Shown: positions 1 through 10,994, numbered from the stretch's first letter. The stretch: DNA of 64,000 nucleotides from an uncultured Rivularia sp. (GCA_963665115.1 OY762007.1:3904001-3968000), one strand, 5' to 3'. Made by a program: numbers and translations. Notes: generated by a model not told the origin, from the sequence alone.

Positions 1-1003
1 CAACATTATCGGCTTCATTATTAATATCATCATCTACATCCGTTAAAAACAAAGCTTCAGCAGCAGCAGCTTCTTGATAGTTGACTTCTGGCTCTAAAAG
101 TAATTCTGTATCAGGCTCTTCGGATTCTTCAAGGTTATCTTCTAAATCGCCTATTTCTAATAACTCAATTTCTGCTACTGGTAATAAACTATTCAATTGC
201 TCGCTGATAACAATTTCGCTTTCTCTGTTAGCTAAAACCAACTCTAGCGCTTGTTTAATTTCAGTAATAACAATTTTGGCTAAAGTCAAATAAGTATTTT
301 CTAAGTTGGCGATCGCGCTTGTAGCCGAACGACACAAGTGACTCCAGCAAGGTAAATTGCGGTTATCTCCTAACTCGGCTAAATAGTCAATACATTCCAC
401 TATACTTTGCCGATTTTCAGGTGTGGCAGGCTGCTTAAATAATTGCAATATCTGCCGCAGCTTATTCAATACTTCTGCTTGCAGTTGACTATTATTTTTA
501 TCGACTGATGCGGCTTTTTGCATCCTTGCTTGCACTGGTTTCTTACCAGCAGCCAAAGATGTCCCACCCTCACCAGGAGACTTTTTGACCAGCTTATCCA
601 AATGTTCGTTGAGCCAGCCAAAAACTGGTTCGGCTTCAGCCATCAAAGTTTCTGCGGCTTCTTCCGTCAAACCAAATGGGCCGCTTAAATGCTCTAATAG
701 CGCTTTGAGAGTATCGGACACCCCAAGAAACAAAGATTCCAGCTTTTGATCAATTTTAACTGGATTGTCTTTAAGAACCTTGAAGCAGTCTTCAAGACGG
801 TGGGAGGTACGTTGAATGCTACTCAAACCAAGCATCGCCGCTCCTCCCTTAATAGAGTGAGCAGCCCGGAAAACTTCGTTAATTAAATCCGGGTCATTAA
901 GAGTACTTTGGAGATTTAACAACCCCTGCTCGATAGTATTCAGGTGGTCTGTGGCTTCCTCAATAAAGTATCCTAAAATGCGCTGTTGTTGTTCCGGTAG
1001 CAT
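1..1003 (-). CDS. hmpE: CheA-like chemotaxis histidine kinase (HmpE/PilL type), N-terminal Hpt domain; runs off the window
   Basis: Manual translation from ATG at 1003: MLPEQQQRILGYFIEEATDHLNTIEQGLLNL...EVFRAAHSIKGGAAMLG (Hpt motif); lies directly downstream of the MCP gene. Confidence 0.9.
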   Translation of the reverse strand, partial: MLPEQQQRILGYFIEEATDHLNTIEQGLLNLQSTLNDPDLINEVFRAAHSIKGGAAMLGLSSIQRTSHRLEDCFKVLKDNPVKIDQKLESLFLGVSDTLKALLEHLSGPFGLTEEAAETLMAEAEPVFGWLNEHLDKLVKKSPGEGGTSLAAGKKPVQARMQKAASVDKNNSQLQAEVLNKLRQILQLFKQPATPENRQSIVECIDYLAELGDNRNLPCWSHLCRSATSAIANLENTYLTLAKIVITEIKQALELVLANRESEIVISEQLNSLLPVAEIELLEIGDLEDNLEESEEPDTELLLEPEVNYQEAAAAEALFLTDVDDDINNEADNV

Positions 1004-1020
1004 AATCGTCCGTCTTTGTA

Positions 1021-1070
1021 AGTTGTGAGTTATGAGTTGTGAGTTATGAGTTGTGAGTTATGAGTTATGA
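1021..1070. repeat. STRR heptamer tandem repeat (AGTTGTG/AGTTATG)
   Basis: About 7 tandem heptamers between MCP and CheA genes. Confidence 0.9.
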
Positions 1071-1116
1071 ACTGTAATTTTTATTTTTCACTCATCACCC
1101 CTCACTGCTAACTTTT

Positions 1117-4110
1117 TTATCTTGATTCGGCAGTTTCGACTCGGAAACGTTCCACTGAGGAAATCAAGTCGCGGGATACACCAACTAAGTGCTGCAAGGC
1201 TCCAGATACTCGTTGCGCTTCTTGGGAAGTTTCTTGTGCGGTTAATTCTACCGATTGCATTACCTGAGCAACAGCACGGGATGTTTCCGTTTGTTCCACA
1301 GTATCTGTAGTAATCGAACGTACAAGTATATCGATCCGATTCGCAACTTGAATAATGTTTTCCAAGGAACGTTTTGCTTCTTCAGCTAACTTCGTACCTT
1401 TGATCACCTGTTGCGTACCTTCTTCCATTGCAGTCATTACAGAGCCAGTTTCGCTCTGAATTTGCATTACAATTTGTTCGATTTCTTTCAAAGACTTGGC
1501 AGACTTATCGGCAAGCTGACGTACTTCGTCGGCGACAATAGCAAATCCCCGCCCCGATTCTCCCGCACGTGCAGCTTCAATGCTGGCATTAAGGGCTAAT
1601 AAGTTGGTTCGCGAAGCAATCTGAGAAATTAATGCCACAATTTTGGAAATTTCCTGGGAAGATTCCGCCAATCGCTTTACTTTTCGAGTTGTTTCAGCAA
1701 CAGTTTCTCTAATTTCTAGAATACCTGCCACAGTATTTTCCACCGCTTCGCCACCTTTGAGAGCAATTTCGCTGGCATCGCGGGCTACTGCTTCGGCTTC
1801 TCTGGCTGCTTCGGCTACCCTTTGAATCGAATCAGTCATCACCTGTACGGAATTCAGCGTTACCGCTAATTCTTCTGCTTGTCGCAAAGCATCGCTAGAT
1901 AGAGCCCGAGCAAAAGTTTCAGAATTTGTCGCTCCTTTGGTAACTTCTCTTGCAGCTACCTTAACCTGCTGAACGATATCCCGGAGGTTTTGAATCGTTA
2001 AGTTGAAAGCATCGGCTACGGCTCCAAGTACGTCTGCCGTTACCTCAGCCTGCACCGTCAAGTCTCCTCTAGCTGCTCCTTCCACATCATCAAGCAAACG
2101 AATTACCTGACGCTGTAAATTCTCTTTGGCTTCTTCCTGCTCAGCCGCTTTGCGTGTAGCTTCATGGGTTGTAGTAAAAATTACCCGCGCCATTTCATTA
2201 AAGCCAGCAGCTAATTGTCCGAATTCATCTTCAGAATAAACTGTGGCTTGAGCGCTCAAATTACCCTTACGCACGGAATTAAACTGTGTTTCCAAATCCT
2301 TTGTAGTGCGGCGAACTTGCCCCAGAGTAAGATGCCCCATTGCTCCGGTAGTCACAAAACCGGCTGCTCCTGCGGCTAACGCCATCATCCAACCAGTGTT
2401 GCGTATGGATTCCCGTTGATTTTCCGGAGATACACTTGTTGCTCCAAAACTGACTCCTGCTACTACTACAGAAGAGACAACACCTACTATCCCAGCGGTT
2501 AACCATTGCTTAGTTTTTAACGGAGCATTTTCTAAAGCAGCAAAAACTCCTTGCTCTACATTTACTTGCGCTTCAACTTTGCTGTCGTCATTCTGAGTAA
2601 AAACTGGAACCGCTTCTTGGGAATTTGTAATACTAAAGAGTTCTGCATCCCTTTCTCTTGCGGGAGCATCATCTATACTCTCTCCAAATTCATCATCAGA
2701 AATACCAGTACTAATTTCACTAGGCTGGGAACTTTCTATGTGTTCGCCGCTCAAAGCACCGTTAGTTTGTAGCGAGCCAGAATTGGGCATCACTTCGGAA
2801 AATGCTGGACTTCCATTCGATAAATCAAACGCCGAAATATTTCCTAAATCATCAAATTCATCGAAGTCATCTAAATACTCGATGTTATTGCTGTTGCTGC
2901 TATTAACATCTTTAATAATACTCTTGGTATCTTCATTGTTATTAGAAAAATCTTCAGCACCGAAAACCTCTTCAAATGCATCCAAGTCAAAACTGTCATC
3001 GCTTGGCTTGTTTTGCCCAGATACCGCAGATTCTTCGGATAATTGTGAAGACTCTACAAAATCTGAAGATTCTGAAGATTCTAATTGAGAAAAATCTTCT
3101 TTAATCGAAGACGCTTCAGGAAAACTCTCGCTCGTATTTTCTAAACCCCTAGCTTCAGATGAAAAACTTTTTGCAACGCTCTCATCTACTGAAAAATCAT
3201 CGCTAAAAAAGTTGCTTGGCAAACTAAAGCTTTCACTATCATCGAGGGCATTATCCTCGAAGAATAAATCTTCCTCTTGCAAACTGCTGCTAGGTGGAAG
3301 TTCAGTTTGTGCAAATTGATTTGGCTTAGGATTATCCTCAGCTTCCCCGTTTGCAAAAGGAGAGTATTCTTCACCAGAAGATAAATTCGATGCTTGTGTC
3401 GGCTGTTTGGAATGAGTGTCCGAAATATCCTCTTGCCAGAAAGAAGGTAGCTCAAGTTCGGGTTTCGAGACTCCTTCATCGTTTTGATGAATATCTACTT
3501 CTGAACCAACATTTTGATCAAAAGGATTATCTAAACTGAGATCCTCTTCTTCAAAATTCGGTATAGCATCAAATATCTGACTATCAGAACCTATATCAAA
3601 TGGACTTTTTGAAGATGATTCCTTTAACAATTCCGTAGGTTCTTCATTTTCCGAATTATTTTCAGAAGAAGAATCAGAAGAAAAAGCAAAGTTGCTGCTA
3701 TCGGAATTACCGTTACCACTCGAATCAAATAAATTTTCAATAGGGGCTACTTCCTCAGAAGCAGAATCCGATAAATTTATATCACCTGTATCATTGCTTC
3801 CATCATCAACTTCAAAACTTTGAGCATCTGGTTCAACTTGATAATGACTGATATTTTCTAAACCGTTGCGAGCAAAATCAACAAGTTCTTGGTCGCTAGT
3901 TAAATTTAATACTGTTTGATAGGCTTCTTTAGCTATATCAAAATTTTGTAATACATAATACACATGACCCTTTAGTAAAAGAGCGTTTGGGTCTTGTGTC
4001 AAATGCTGCACTACCTGGTCAATAAGTTTAGCAGCCTCTTCATATTTTTGATTAACGTAGGCTTTGTAAGCCTGCTGATACATCTGTCCGTAGTCTATGC
4101 TAGGTGCCAT
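1117..4110 (-). CDS. hmpD: Methyl-accepting chemotaxis protein (TPR, acidic linker, 2 TM, HAMP, MCP signalling domain), HmpD/PilJ
   Basis: IASRTNLLALNASIEAARAGESGRGFAIVADEVRQLA MCP signature; N-terminal TPR; locus context. Confidence 0.93.
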   Translation of the reverse strand: MAPSIDYGQMYQQAYKAYVNQKYEEAAKLIDQVVQHLTQDPNALLLKGHVYYVLQNFDIAKEAYQTVLNLTSDQELVDFARNGLENISHYQVEPDAQSFEVDDGSNDTGDINLSDSASEEVAPIENLFDSSGNGNSDSSNFAFSSDSSSENNSENEEPTELLKESSSKSPFDIGSDSQIFDAIPNFEEEDLSLDNPFDQNVGSEVDIHQNDEGVSKPELELPSFWQEDISDTHSKQPTQASNLSSGEEYSPFANGEAEDNPKPNQFAQTELPPSSSLQEEDLFFEDNALDDSESFSLPSNFFSDDFSVDESVAKSFSSEARGLENTSESFPEASSIKEDFSQLESSESSDFVESSQLSEESAVSGQNKPSDDSFDLDAFEEVFGAEDFSNNNEDTKSIIKDVNSSNSNNIEYLDDFDEFDDLGNISAFDLSNGSPAFSEVMPNSGSLQTNGALSGEHIESSQPSEISTGISDDEFGESIDDAPARERDAELFSITNSQEAVPVFTQNDDSKVEAQVNVEQGVFAALENAPLKTKQWLTAGIVGVVSSVVVAGVSFGATSVSPENQRESIRNTGWMMALAAGAAGFVTTGAMGHLTLGQVRRTTKDLETQFNSVRKGNLSAQATVYSEDEFGQLAAGFNEMARVIFTTTHEATRKAAEQEEAKENLQRQVIRLLDDVEGAARGDLTVQAEVTADVLGAVADAFNLTIQNLRDIVQQVKVAAREVTKGATNSETFARALSSDALRQAEELAVTLNSVQVMTDSIQRVAEAAREAEAVARDASEIALKGGEAVENTVAGILEIRETVAETTRKVKRLAESSQEISKIVALISQIASRTNLLALNASIEAARAGESGRGFAIVADEVRQLADKSAKSLKEIEQIVMQIQSETGSVMTAMEEGTQQVIKGTKLAEEAKRSLENIIQVANRIDILVRSITTDTVEQTETSRAVAQVMQSVELTAQETSQEAQRVSGALQHLVGVSRDLISSVERFRVETAESR

Positions 4111-4127
4111 TTATTGCCTCCCTTCGG

Positions 4128-4658
4128 TTATCCAGCCCACCGGGCACTCCGTAAAATTGCCATCTGGTCGAGTAGTCGCAAACACCGCTCTAATTCGGCA
4201 TCTTTTGACCACTCTCCCCTTAAGAAAGGAGCCATAGTATCCGGCACGTTGGTAGGTGCGCTTAAATGCTGTACATCAAGCCAATCCATACCCCCGATTT
4301 CTTCAACTGCCAAGCCCACTATTGTGTCTTGTTCTTCAATTGCAATCACTGAAATTTCTGCTCTATCGGTATTTAATGGAGTTATTTCTCCAAGAAACTG
4401 ACCCAAGTCGGCGACCCAAATTACTCGTCCTCGTAGATTTAGGGTACCCAAAAGTAAGGGAGAAGCATTCGGAATCGGGGTAATTCGATCGGGACTTAAC
4501 TCAATTACCTCCTTGATGCCAGTTGCCGGTAGTGCAAACTCCTGATGCGAGGGGATGAAAAACCTTAAATGTAACTCACCGTCCTTACTTTCTACTTCCA
4601 ATTCAGGACGGAACTGATCTTCTCCGCCACTTCCTAAAAAGTCCGGTTTGCTATGCAT
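4128..4658 (-). CDS. hmpC: CheW-like protein (HmpC/PilI)
   Basis: ITPIPNASPLLLGTLNLRGRVIWVADL CheW motif. Confidence 0.92.
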   Translation of the reverse strand: MHSKPDFLGSGGEDQFRPELEVESKDGELHLRFFIPSHQEFALPATGIKEVIELSPDRITPIPNASPLLLGTLNLRGRVIWVADLGQFLGEITPLNTDRAEISVIAIEEQDTIVGLAVEEIGGMDWLDVQHLSAPTNVPDTMAPFLRGEWSKDAELERCLRLLDQMAILRSARWAG

Positions 4659-4671
4659 ATCTAAATCATCC

Positions 4672-5038
4672 TTATCCTCGCAGCAGTTGTTTGACTGTCC
4701 CGACTAACTCAGTCGGCTGAAAAGGTTTGGCGATATAAGCATCAGCCCCTTGCTTCATTCCCCAGTAGCGGTCAAATTCTTCTCCTTTAGAAGAACACAT
4801 TACTACCGGCACATTTTGAGTTTTTGGGTCGGACTTGAGCCTCCTGCAAACTTCATAACCATTCATTCGGGGCATGACGATATCTAAGACGACTAAATCG
4901 GGACAAATACTTTGAATTGTCTGTAGTGCCTCCAGTCCATCCGAAGCATGAGTGACTGACAAGCCACTTGCTTTTAGGAGGGTCTGTAATCATTTCCCTC
5001 TGCGCGATCGAATCTTCCACAATCAGAACTGTACTCAT
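4672..5038 (-). CDS. hmpB: CheY-like response regulator (HmpB/PilH), split by an apparent +1 frameshift at about 4980-4982
   Basis: MSTVLIVEDSIAQREMITD in one frame continues as LLKASGLSVTHASDG...DIVMP...KPF in another; removing one base of GGG gives 121 aa. Confidence 0.88.
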
Positions 5039-5199
5039 ATATGTCTCATTACCTCCCGATGTAGATGTCCCTTGAAGGAACATTCCCTTGTCTCCCCGAA
5101 TAATGTCGTATAAAAAAACTATTTATTCACAGAATTACTAAGTATTTTGATATTTGTTTAAATCCCAGTTCGTGATAATATTTTTTACCCTATATTTGC

Positions 5200-6393
5200 T
5201 TAAATCAACAAGTACCGCATTTCATTTATTGGCGATCGCCCCGACTGTTTATTGAGATATTTTTGAATTAACAACAGCAATTCAGTTGAGTCGAAAGGCT
5301 TTGTTAAGTAATCCGTAGCTCCGACCATATTCGCCTTAGCTCTATCGATATAACTATTTTTAGCACTAAGCATAATAATCGGCACGAGCCGGAATGCGCT
5401 GGTGTGTCGCAACATTGCACAAAGTTGGTAGCCATCCAAATCGGGCATTACAATATCGCATAAAATTAAATGCGGTTGGAGTTGAAAAACTCGGTTGAGT
5501 GCCTCCAAAGGATTAGTAAAGGCGATTGCATTATAGCCTTGCGGTTGCAAAATAGACTGCACCGTCTCGCAAATAGCTATTGCATCATCAATACATACTA
5601 TGGCTTTTACCGATTTATTTTCTTGGGAATGCTCCAAGCTCGAATGGTTATGTGTCAAAGCGTACTTGTTTTCAATTGATACTATATGTATCAAACCCTG
5701 CTGTACGTAAGGATATATAGCTTTCGCCAGTGTCAAAACATCTCGATTAAGAAAACGAGCAAGCTGACGCAGGGAAGTTTTACCATCTGCCCAATGCTGT
5801 AATTTTTCCACCGTGGAAGAAGCCAAGGAAGAACGCAGACGCTGAACATCGGTCAATACAGGACATTGATCCGGAGACTGAATATAGGGATATAGCAGTT
5901 TCCACTCTTGCACCTGTTTGAAAACTTTGTTGACTAGAGGAGCAATTTCTAAAGTAGTCAGTTGCGGAGTTAATGGTTTGTCCAACTCAAAAATAAAATT
6001 GCCTTCACGTAAACTCAATAAATCGAAAAGAGTTTCATGCACCAAGCCTTGGATGATACTACGAGCCTGAATCGGATTAATAATATCTTGCTCCAACAGT
6101 CTCCATAAATAACTATACTCCGGAGCAGAAAGCGATTTATCGGAATCTATGGTTGGGAGTGTTTCCTCTCCTTGCAGATTAATTCGGTAATATCGCAAAT
6201 AATCGCGAAGACGAAATACACTGCTATTGGCTTCTTGAGAGTAAACTATTTGACCGTTGAGAAAAAAGATAAACCAAGTCCGAGGTAGTGATTCCTCAGT
6301 ATAAGCTTCAACAAACAGTAACCCCGTTCGCTGTCCTAACTCAATCAATTGCAGGATGCTGCATATATCAATCTCACTTAAATTTCCCCGCAT
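5200..6393 (-). CDS. hmpA: PatA-type response regulator (PATAN/DUF4388 + REC), HmpA/PilG
   Basis: MRGNLSEIDICSILQLIELGQRTG N-terminus; C-terminal receiver domain (CIDD, DIVMP, KPF). Confidence 0.88.
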   Translation of the reverse strand: MRGNLSEIDICSILQLIELGQRTGLLFVEAYTEESLPRTWFIFFLNGQIVYSQEANSSVFRLRDYLRYYRINLQGEETLPTIDSDKSLSAPEYSYLWRLLEQDIINPIQARSIIQGLVHETLFDLLSLREGNFIFELDKPLTPQLTTLEIAPLVNKVFKQVQEWKLLYPYIQSPDQCPVLTDVQRLRSSLASSTVEKLQHWADGKTSLRQLARFLNRDVLTLAKAIYPYVQQGLIHIVSIENKYALTHNHSSLEHSQENKSVKAIVCIDDAIAICETVQSILQPQGYNAIAFTNPLEALNRVFQLQPHLILCDIVMPDLDGYQLCAMLRHTSAFRLVPIIMLSAKNSYIDRAKANMVGATDYLTKPFDSTELLLLIQKYLNKQSGRSPINEMRYLLI

Positions 6394-6560
6394 TTAGCAA
6401 TTCGGCACTCCTTGTTATCCAGTTTACATTCTTTGTTCATTGTGCCCAAGTTTTTCAACAGTTAACACTCCCTCATGAAATTATTAATTCAAAATAAAGA
6501 TAAATGCAGTCGGGATAAGGCTTTTACTGATTTATTATTTTTTTATTTCTCACTAGGAAG

Positions 6561-6598
6561 TAGCCAATAGCCAATAGCCAATAGCCAATAGCCAATAG
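6561..6598. repeat. STRR heptamer repeat (TAGCCAA)n
   Basis: Five or more tandem copies visible. Confidence 0.9.
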
Positions 6599-6646
6599 CG
6601 AACGGTAATAAAACTCAGCAGTAAATATACAAAAAATTCTGCTTGA

Positions 6647-6827
6647 CTCCCCACTCACTACTCCCCACTCCCCACTCCCCACTCCTTACTCCTTACTCCC
6701 TACTTACTACTCACTACTTGCTACTCCCTACTCCCCACTCACTACTTACTACTCCCCACTCCCCACTCCTTACTCCCTACTTACTACTCACTACTTGCTA
6801 CTCCCCACTCCCCACTCCCTACTCCCA
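6647..6827. repeat. Long degenerate STRR array (CTCCCCA/CTACTCC/CTACTCA)
   Basis: About 180 nt of heptamer variants between hmpA and hmpF. Confidence 0.9.
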
Positions 6828-7057
6828 AGATTCCTGAAGTGTTGGTAATAATACGGTAGCCATCCCCAGCTTCACAAGTACAAAATGTAGAGACGCGATG
6901 GAAGCCTATTATAAAAAATCTCTATGCGATTATTCAGGGCGCATGGGACATTTTTAATTGCTTGATTTTTCTAATCAAAGTTAAATGAAGCAAATTAATG
7001 TCTTAATCTATCGTATAAATTAACACTTATTCAAGTACATCAATAAGGATTTGCGGT

Positions 7058-8797
7058 GTGCTGTATTTAGCTGAAGTACAAAAACAGAAAGGTGGCTTGC
7101 TCGGTAGTGGAGCCAAAACCGAATTAAAACTGTTGGCTTGTCAACGCAATGACCAGAGTTGGAATACGGTAAGTGAAGAAGTAATTACTGCTGAAGAAGC
7201 TAGTAAATTAAATGATGGCGCACTTGTATTAGCTGAACTTAACGCAAATCGTCAGGTACAGCGACTGCAAGAAGCTAGTCGTCCGCTGGTAACTATTTTG
7301 CAGAATTTTTCCCGTCAACTGGAAAAATTCAAACTCAAAGAGGAAGAAATAGACCAGTGGAAAGAGTCGCTAACATTTCAAGGGCAGGAAATCAGCCGTC
7401 GTGAAATGGAGTTGGAAGCGCGGGAAGAAGAAGCCCGACAAATCCAAGAAGAAGCGCAACACATAGACGCAAAAATCCAGGAAGTTGAAAGTTCCCATCA
7501 GGAAATTCAAGGCTTGCAGGAGGAAATCTCGCGCAGCCGTGAAGAGCTTGAAGGCGCTTGGGAGCAATTACGAGGCGAACAGCGTCGCTTGGAAGAATTT
7601 CAGGCAGAAGTTAAGCAGGGAGCGGTTTTAGATGAAGAACAAGCTAAGGTAATTAGCGATTTATTAGAAAAACTTTCTAGTAATGTTGCTCAACCCTCAA
7701 GCGTTCGCGAACATCTCGATCTTGCATTCGAGATGGTTGACAATCAGCAAGCTGTTCTTAGTCCTCATTGGGAACAACTCGAAAAGCAAAAAGCCGAAGC
7801 TAACGAGCAGCAAGCCCAAGTTGAGCGTTTGTCTGACGAACTTCAAGAAGCTAATTCTTCTTTACAGCAAGCTGAAGATTCGCTATCCGAACAGAAAGCA
7901 GAGTTGAAATTAAACACTGCTAGTTTTGTTGAAAAGCAAAATTATGTGGAGATGCTGCAAGAACAATTGCAGTATCAACGCCAGTTACACGAACAGGTGA
8001 ACTCTTTTAATAAAACTTCTAATAGTTCTGCTGAAGAAGAATTCACTTTAGACTTTGATGCGGAAGCTTTAAAATCTGTTTCTACAGAAGAACTGCAAAA
8101 AACAGTTGAAGACTTGCAGCAAAAGTTAAAAATCGATTCGGGCTTTGTTGAGGAACAAGAACAAGAACTTAACTACAAGCAACGAACGATAGAAGAACTG
8201 GAAGAAAAGATCGGCTCAGTTTCTGAGGAAGAACGTAGCGAATTAGAAGAAGAGCTTACAGATGAAAAAGACAGCTACCAGATGCTCAATGAAACTTTAG
8301 TCGGCCAGCGTCGCAGTTTGGTAGAACGTCAGGAATCGCTCGAACAACATAAAACTGTTCTGGCTAAGCGAAAACAACAAGCTGCCTCACACAACAAAGT
8401 CGATTTAAGTCTGATAGTAGAGCAAGTTGAACAAAGACGACAAAAGTATTCCGAACAATTGGAAAACTTAGAAGCCCAAATCCAGCAAATGCGTAATGAA
8501 ATTGACCAAGCGCAGGAAAGGATTACAGTTCAAACCGAAGAAATTGTAACTAAACGTCAAGCATTGCAAGCGATGCAAGAAAACTTGTCCGCGCTGCAAA
8601 CTGCAAGCTCTCAACTTTGGGCTAGAGTCAATCTTTATGAAGAAACACTTCAGCCAATACAGGATTCCTTGGAAAGCTTGCGGCACAAACTGCAAGGTAC
8701 CAGTGATGCTTTAACGCAAGTACAGGAAACTGGCGATTATCAGCTCCAAGCGATTACAGATATGCGTTCTTCGATTGAGAGCTTGATTGCCCAGTAA
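7058..8797 (+). CDS. hmpF: Coiled-coil pilus motility protein HmpF
   Basis: MLYLAEVQKQKGGLLG...ELKLLACQR N-terminus, long E/Q-rich coiled coil, divergent from hmpA-E as in Nostoc. Confidence 0.85.
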   Translation: MLYLAEVQKQKGGLLGSGAKTELKLLACQRNDQSWNTVSEEVITAEEASKLNDGALVLAELNANRQVQRLQEASRPLVTILQNFSRQLEKFKLKEEEIDQWKESLTFQGQEISRREMELEAREEEARQIQEEAQHIDAKIQEVESSHQEIQGLQEEISRSREELEGAWEQLRGEQRRLEEFQAEVKQGAVLDEEQAKVISDLLEKLSSNVAQPSSVREHLDLAFEMVDNQQAVLSPHWEQLEKQKAEANEQQAQVERLSDELQEANSSLQQAEDSLSEQKAELKLNTASFVEKQNYVEMLQEQLQYQRQLHEQVNSFNKTSNSSAEEEFTLDFDAEALKSVSTEELQKTVEDLQQKLKIDSGFVEEQEQELNYKQRTIEELEEKIGSVSEEERSELEEELTDEKDSYQMLNETLVGQRRSLVERQESLEQHKTVLAKRKQQAASHNKVDLSLIVEQVEQRRQKYSEQLENLEAQIQQMRNEIDQAQERITVQTEEIVTKRQALQAMQENLSALQTASSQLWARVNLYEETLQPIQDSLESLRHKLQGTSDALTQVQETGDYQLQAITDMRSSIESLIAQ

Positions 8798-8842
8798 AAA
8801 GATGAAGCATCAAGGATGAACTATGGTTTTATCCTTTATCCT

Positions 8843-9838
8843 TCATCTTTTTTTTTGCAAACAAATATATTCACCCGAAACCAAAGCTACAGTACCTCCA
8901 GGAAATGGATCGGTTTGCGATCGGTTCGGGGCAACAATTAAACCCACCATTTTTTCAATATGCTCGAAATTAGGAGCAATAAGCATTATTTTTTGTAACA
9001 CTTGACGTATAGCACGACGCTGCAATGCTAATGGAGCTTTTTGCAATACTTGACGATGCAAGCGTAACAGGGTTAACGAATCTTCAACATAATCTATAAC
9101 TTCAGCCTCTTTCCGCAATTCCTCAGCAGCTTGCTCCAAATATTCAACTTCCGCTTGTAAAAGTTCTGCTGTTCGAGCTAAATTTGACTCTACTTTCGGG
9201 TTAAATTTTTCTTGTAGGTATGGTATCAACTCTTGACGAATACGATTGCGAGCATATTTCAAATCTTGATTTGTAGAATCTTCCCAAACTTGCAATTGAA
9301 AATCTTGACAAAATTGACCTGTTTGGCTGCGAGTAACTTCCAAAAGTGGGCGTACCAGCATAATCTCATCATTTAGCGGACGCTGCCAAGTTAGAGCCTG
9401 TAAACCATCCGCACCGCTACCGCGCATCAAATTATAAACTAAAGTTTCCGCCCTATCTGTTGCAGTATGTCCCGTAATTATGCATTGATAATTATTTTTA
9501 TTGGCAATTTGCTGTAAAATTTGATAGCGCCAATCTCGTGCTGCGGCTTCACTCGTCAGCGATTGAGTAGCTGTTTCCAAGTAAAAAGGGATACCCCATT
9601 CACCTACAAGCTGTTCCACATAATTAGCGTTTGCTTGCGAGTCATCCCGCCAACAATGGTCGCAATGAGCAATACCAAGATGCCATCCCCATTTAGGTTG
9701 CAAATCTAAGATTAATTTAGTTAAGCATAGGGAATCTTGTCCCCCAGATACTGCGATTAACAACCTTTGATTGCGCTTCAACAGATCGCGGGAGCGGATA
9801 GTACGATGTATGTTTGCATGTAAAGGAGTCCACACCAT
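8843..9838 (-). CDS. tilS: tRNA(Ile)-lysidine synthetase
   Basis: SGGQDS PP-loop, GHTATDRAET, EDSTN, RNRIR motifs. Confidence 0.95.
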   Translation of the reverse strand: MVWTPLHANIHRTIRSRDLLKRNQRLLIAVSGGQDSLCLTKLILDLQPKWGWHLGIAHCDHCWRDDSQANANYVEQLVGEWGIPFYLETATQSLTSEAAARDWRYQILQQIANKNNYQCIITGHTATDRAETLVYNLMRGSGADGLQALTWQRPLNDEIMLVRPLLEVTRSQTGQFCQDFQLQVWEDSTNQDLKYARNRIRQELIPYLQEKFNPKVESNLARTAELLQAEVEYLEQAAEELRKEAEVIDYVEDSLTLLRLHRQVLQKAPLALQRRAIRQVLQKIMLIAPNFEHIEKMVGLIVAPNRSQTDPFPGGTVALVSGEYICLQKKR

Positions 9839-9866
9839 TTTAAGAATTAGGAGCTAGGAACTACTA

Positions 9867-10084
9867 ATATCTTGCACCATTCTTAACACCGCCTTGGAAT
9901 AAATTCCCAGGCTCACAAACAAAGTCGTCTAAAGACGACTGGGAGAAACTTTTAGTGCGTTTTAACGCACTTTATATGTCAGCCTTGAAATAAATTTCTC
10001 TGCGTTCACGCGGAGCGTGCGGGCTAGAAAGCCTCCAGCTTACAAGGCGAGAATTTGGGCTTACTGACAATGGTGCAATATGAG
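9867..10084. mobile_element. MITE-like element with terminal inverted repeats and internal palindromes
   Basis: TTGCACCATT ... AATGGTGCAA ends; internal AGTCGTCTAAAGACGACT and AGTGCGTTTTAACGCACT hairpins. Confidence 0.6.
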
Positions 10085-10134
10085 AGCCGCTATAAAGTCA
10101 AAATTTCTAATTTCTAACTGGTTAATGGTACTGG

Positions 10135-10824
10135 TTAATGCTCACTGCTCACTGTTAACTGATAATTGATAATTGATTTCCCTGCTTGACGCAATGCAGA
10201 ATTGATTTTTGAAAAAGGTTTGCTACCAAAAAAGCCGTTTCGGGCAGATAGTGGAGAGGGATGCGCCGATTGAATAACGGTGTGACGATTGGTGTCTATT
10301 AATTTCAGCTTCTTTTTTGCATAACCACCCCAAAGCACAAAAATTACGGGTTCTTGCTTTTGGTTAACTTTACTAATAACTGCATCGGTGAAAGTTTCCC
10401 AACCTTTGTTTTTATGAGAATTGGCTGTATGTGCTTCGACGGTTAGTACAGCATTAATCATTAAAATACCTTGTTTTGCCCAGGGTACAAGATATCCACT
10501 ATCGGGAATCTCAAACCCTAGATCGTCTTTGAGCTCCTTATAAATATTAACCAGCGACGGTGGAGTTTTTATGCCTGGTTTTACCGAAAAGCACAATCCA
10601 TGTGCTTGATTTTCACCATGATAAGGATCTTGTCCGAGTATTAAAACATTTACTTGTTCAAATGGTGTAAGTTCAAAAGCTGAAAATACGTCTTCTTGTG
10701 GAGGATAAATAATTTTGGATTTTCGTTCTTCTTCGATAAAATTTTGCAGTTTTTTTAAATAGGGTTTATTAAATTCTTCAGCAAGTGCAGTTTTCCAAGA
10801 ATCAGGAAGTTGAGAAGATATCAT
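10135..10824 (-). CDS. ung: Uracil-DNA glycosylase family 1
   Basis: GQDPYH and HPSPLS motifs. Confidence 0.96.
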   Translation of the reverse strand: MISSQLPDSWKTALAEEFNKPYLKKLQNFIEEERKSKIIYPPQEDVFSAFELTPFEQVNVLILGQDPYHGENQAHGLCFSVKPGIKTPPSLVNIYKELKDDLGFEIPDSGYLVPWAKQGILMINAVLTVEAHTANSHKNKGWETFTDAVISKVNQKQEPVIFVLWGGYAKKKLKLIDTNRHTVIQSAHPSPLSARNGFFGSKPFSKINSALRQAGKSIINYQLTVSSEH

Positions 10825-10899
10825 CGGATTTGAGATTTTGGATTATATTTTTAAACCTAACCCATATTAAAACCTAAAGTGATAATTTCAAATTGCTGA

Positions 10900-10920
10900 A
10901 GACGTAGCACTGCTACGTCT
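10900..10920. repeat. Small palindromic dispersed repeat AGACGTAGCACTGCTACGTCT
   Basis: Perfect 9-bp arm hairpin; related copies at 23094-23243 (interrupted) and about 44892-44920. Confidence 0.7.
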
Positions 10921-10994
10921 CTACATGGATTACGCATTTCCCTATTTTTTTATTGGCATCACAATATTGAAAAAATAATTACAAACCTAAATGA

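Noticed and set aside
4853..5083. Separate 76-aa ORF overlapping cheY
   Set aside because: It holds the true N-terminus of frameshifted hmpB and is not an independent gene
6643..6837. 64-aa P/T/L/H-rich ORF
   Set aside because: Translation of an STRR heptamer array
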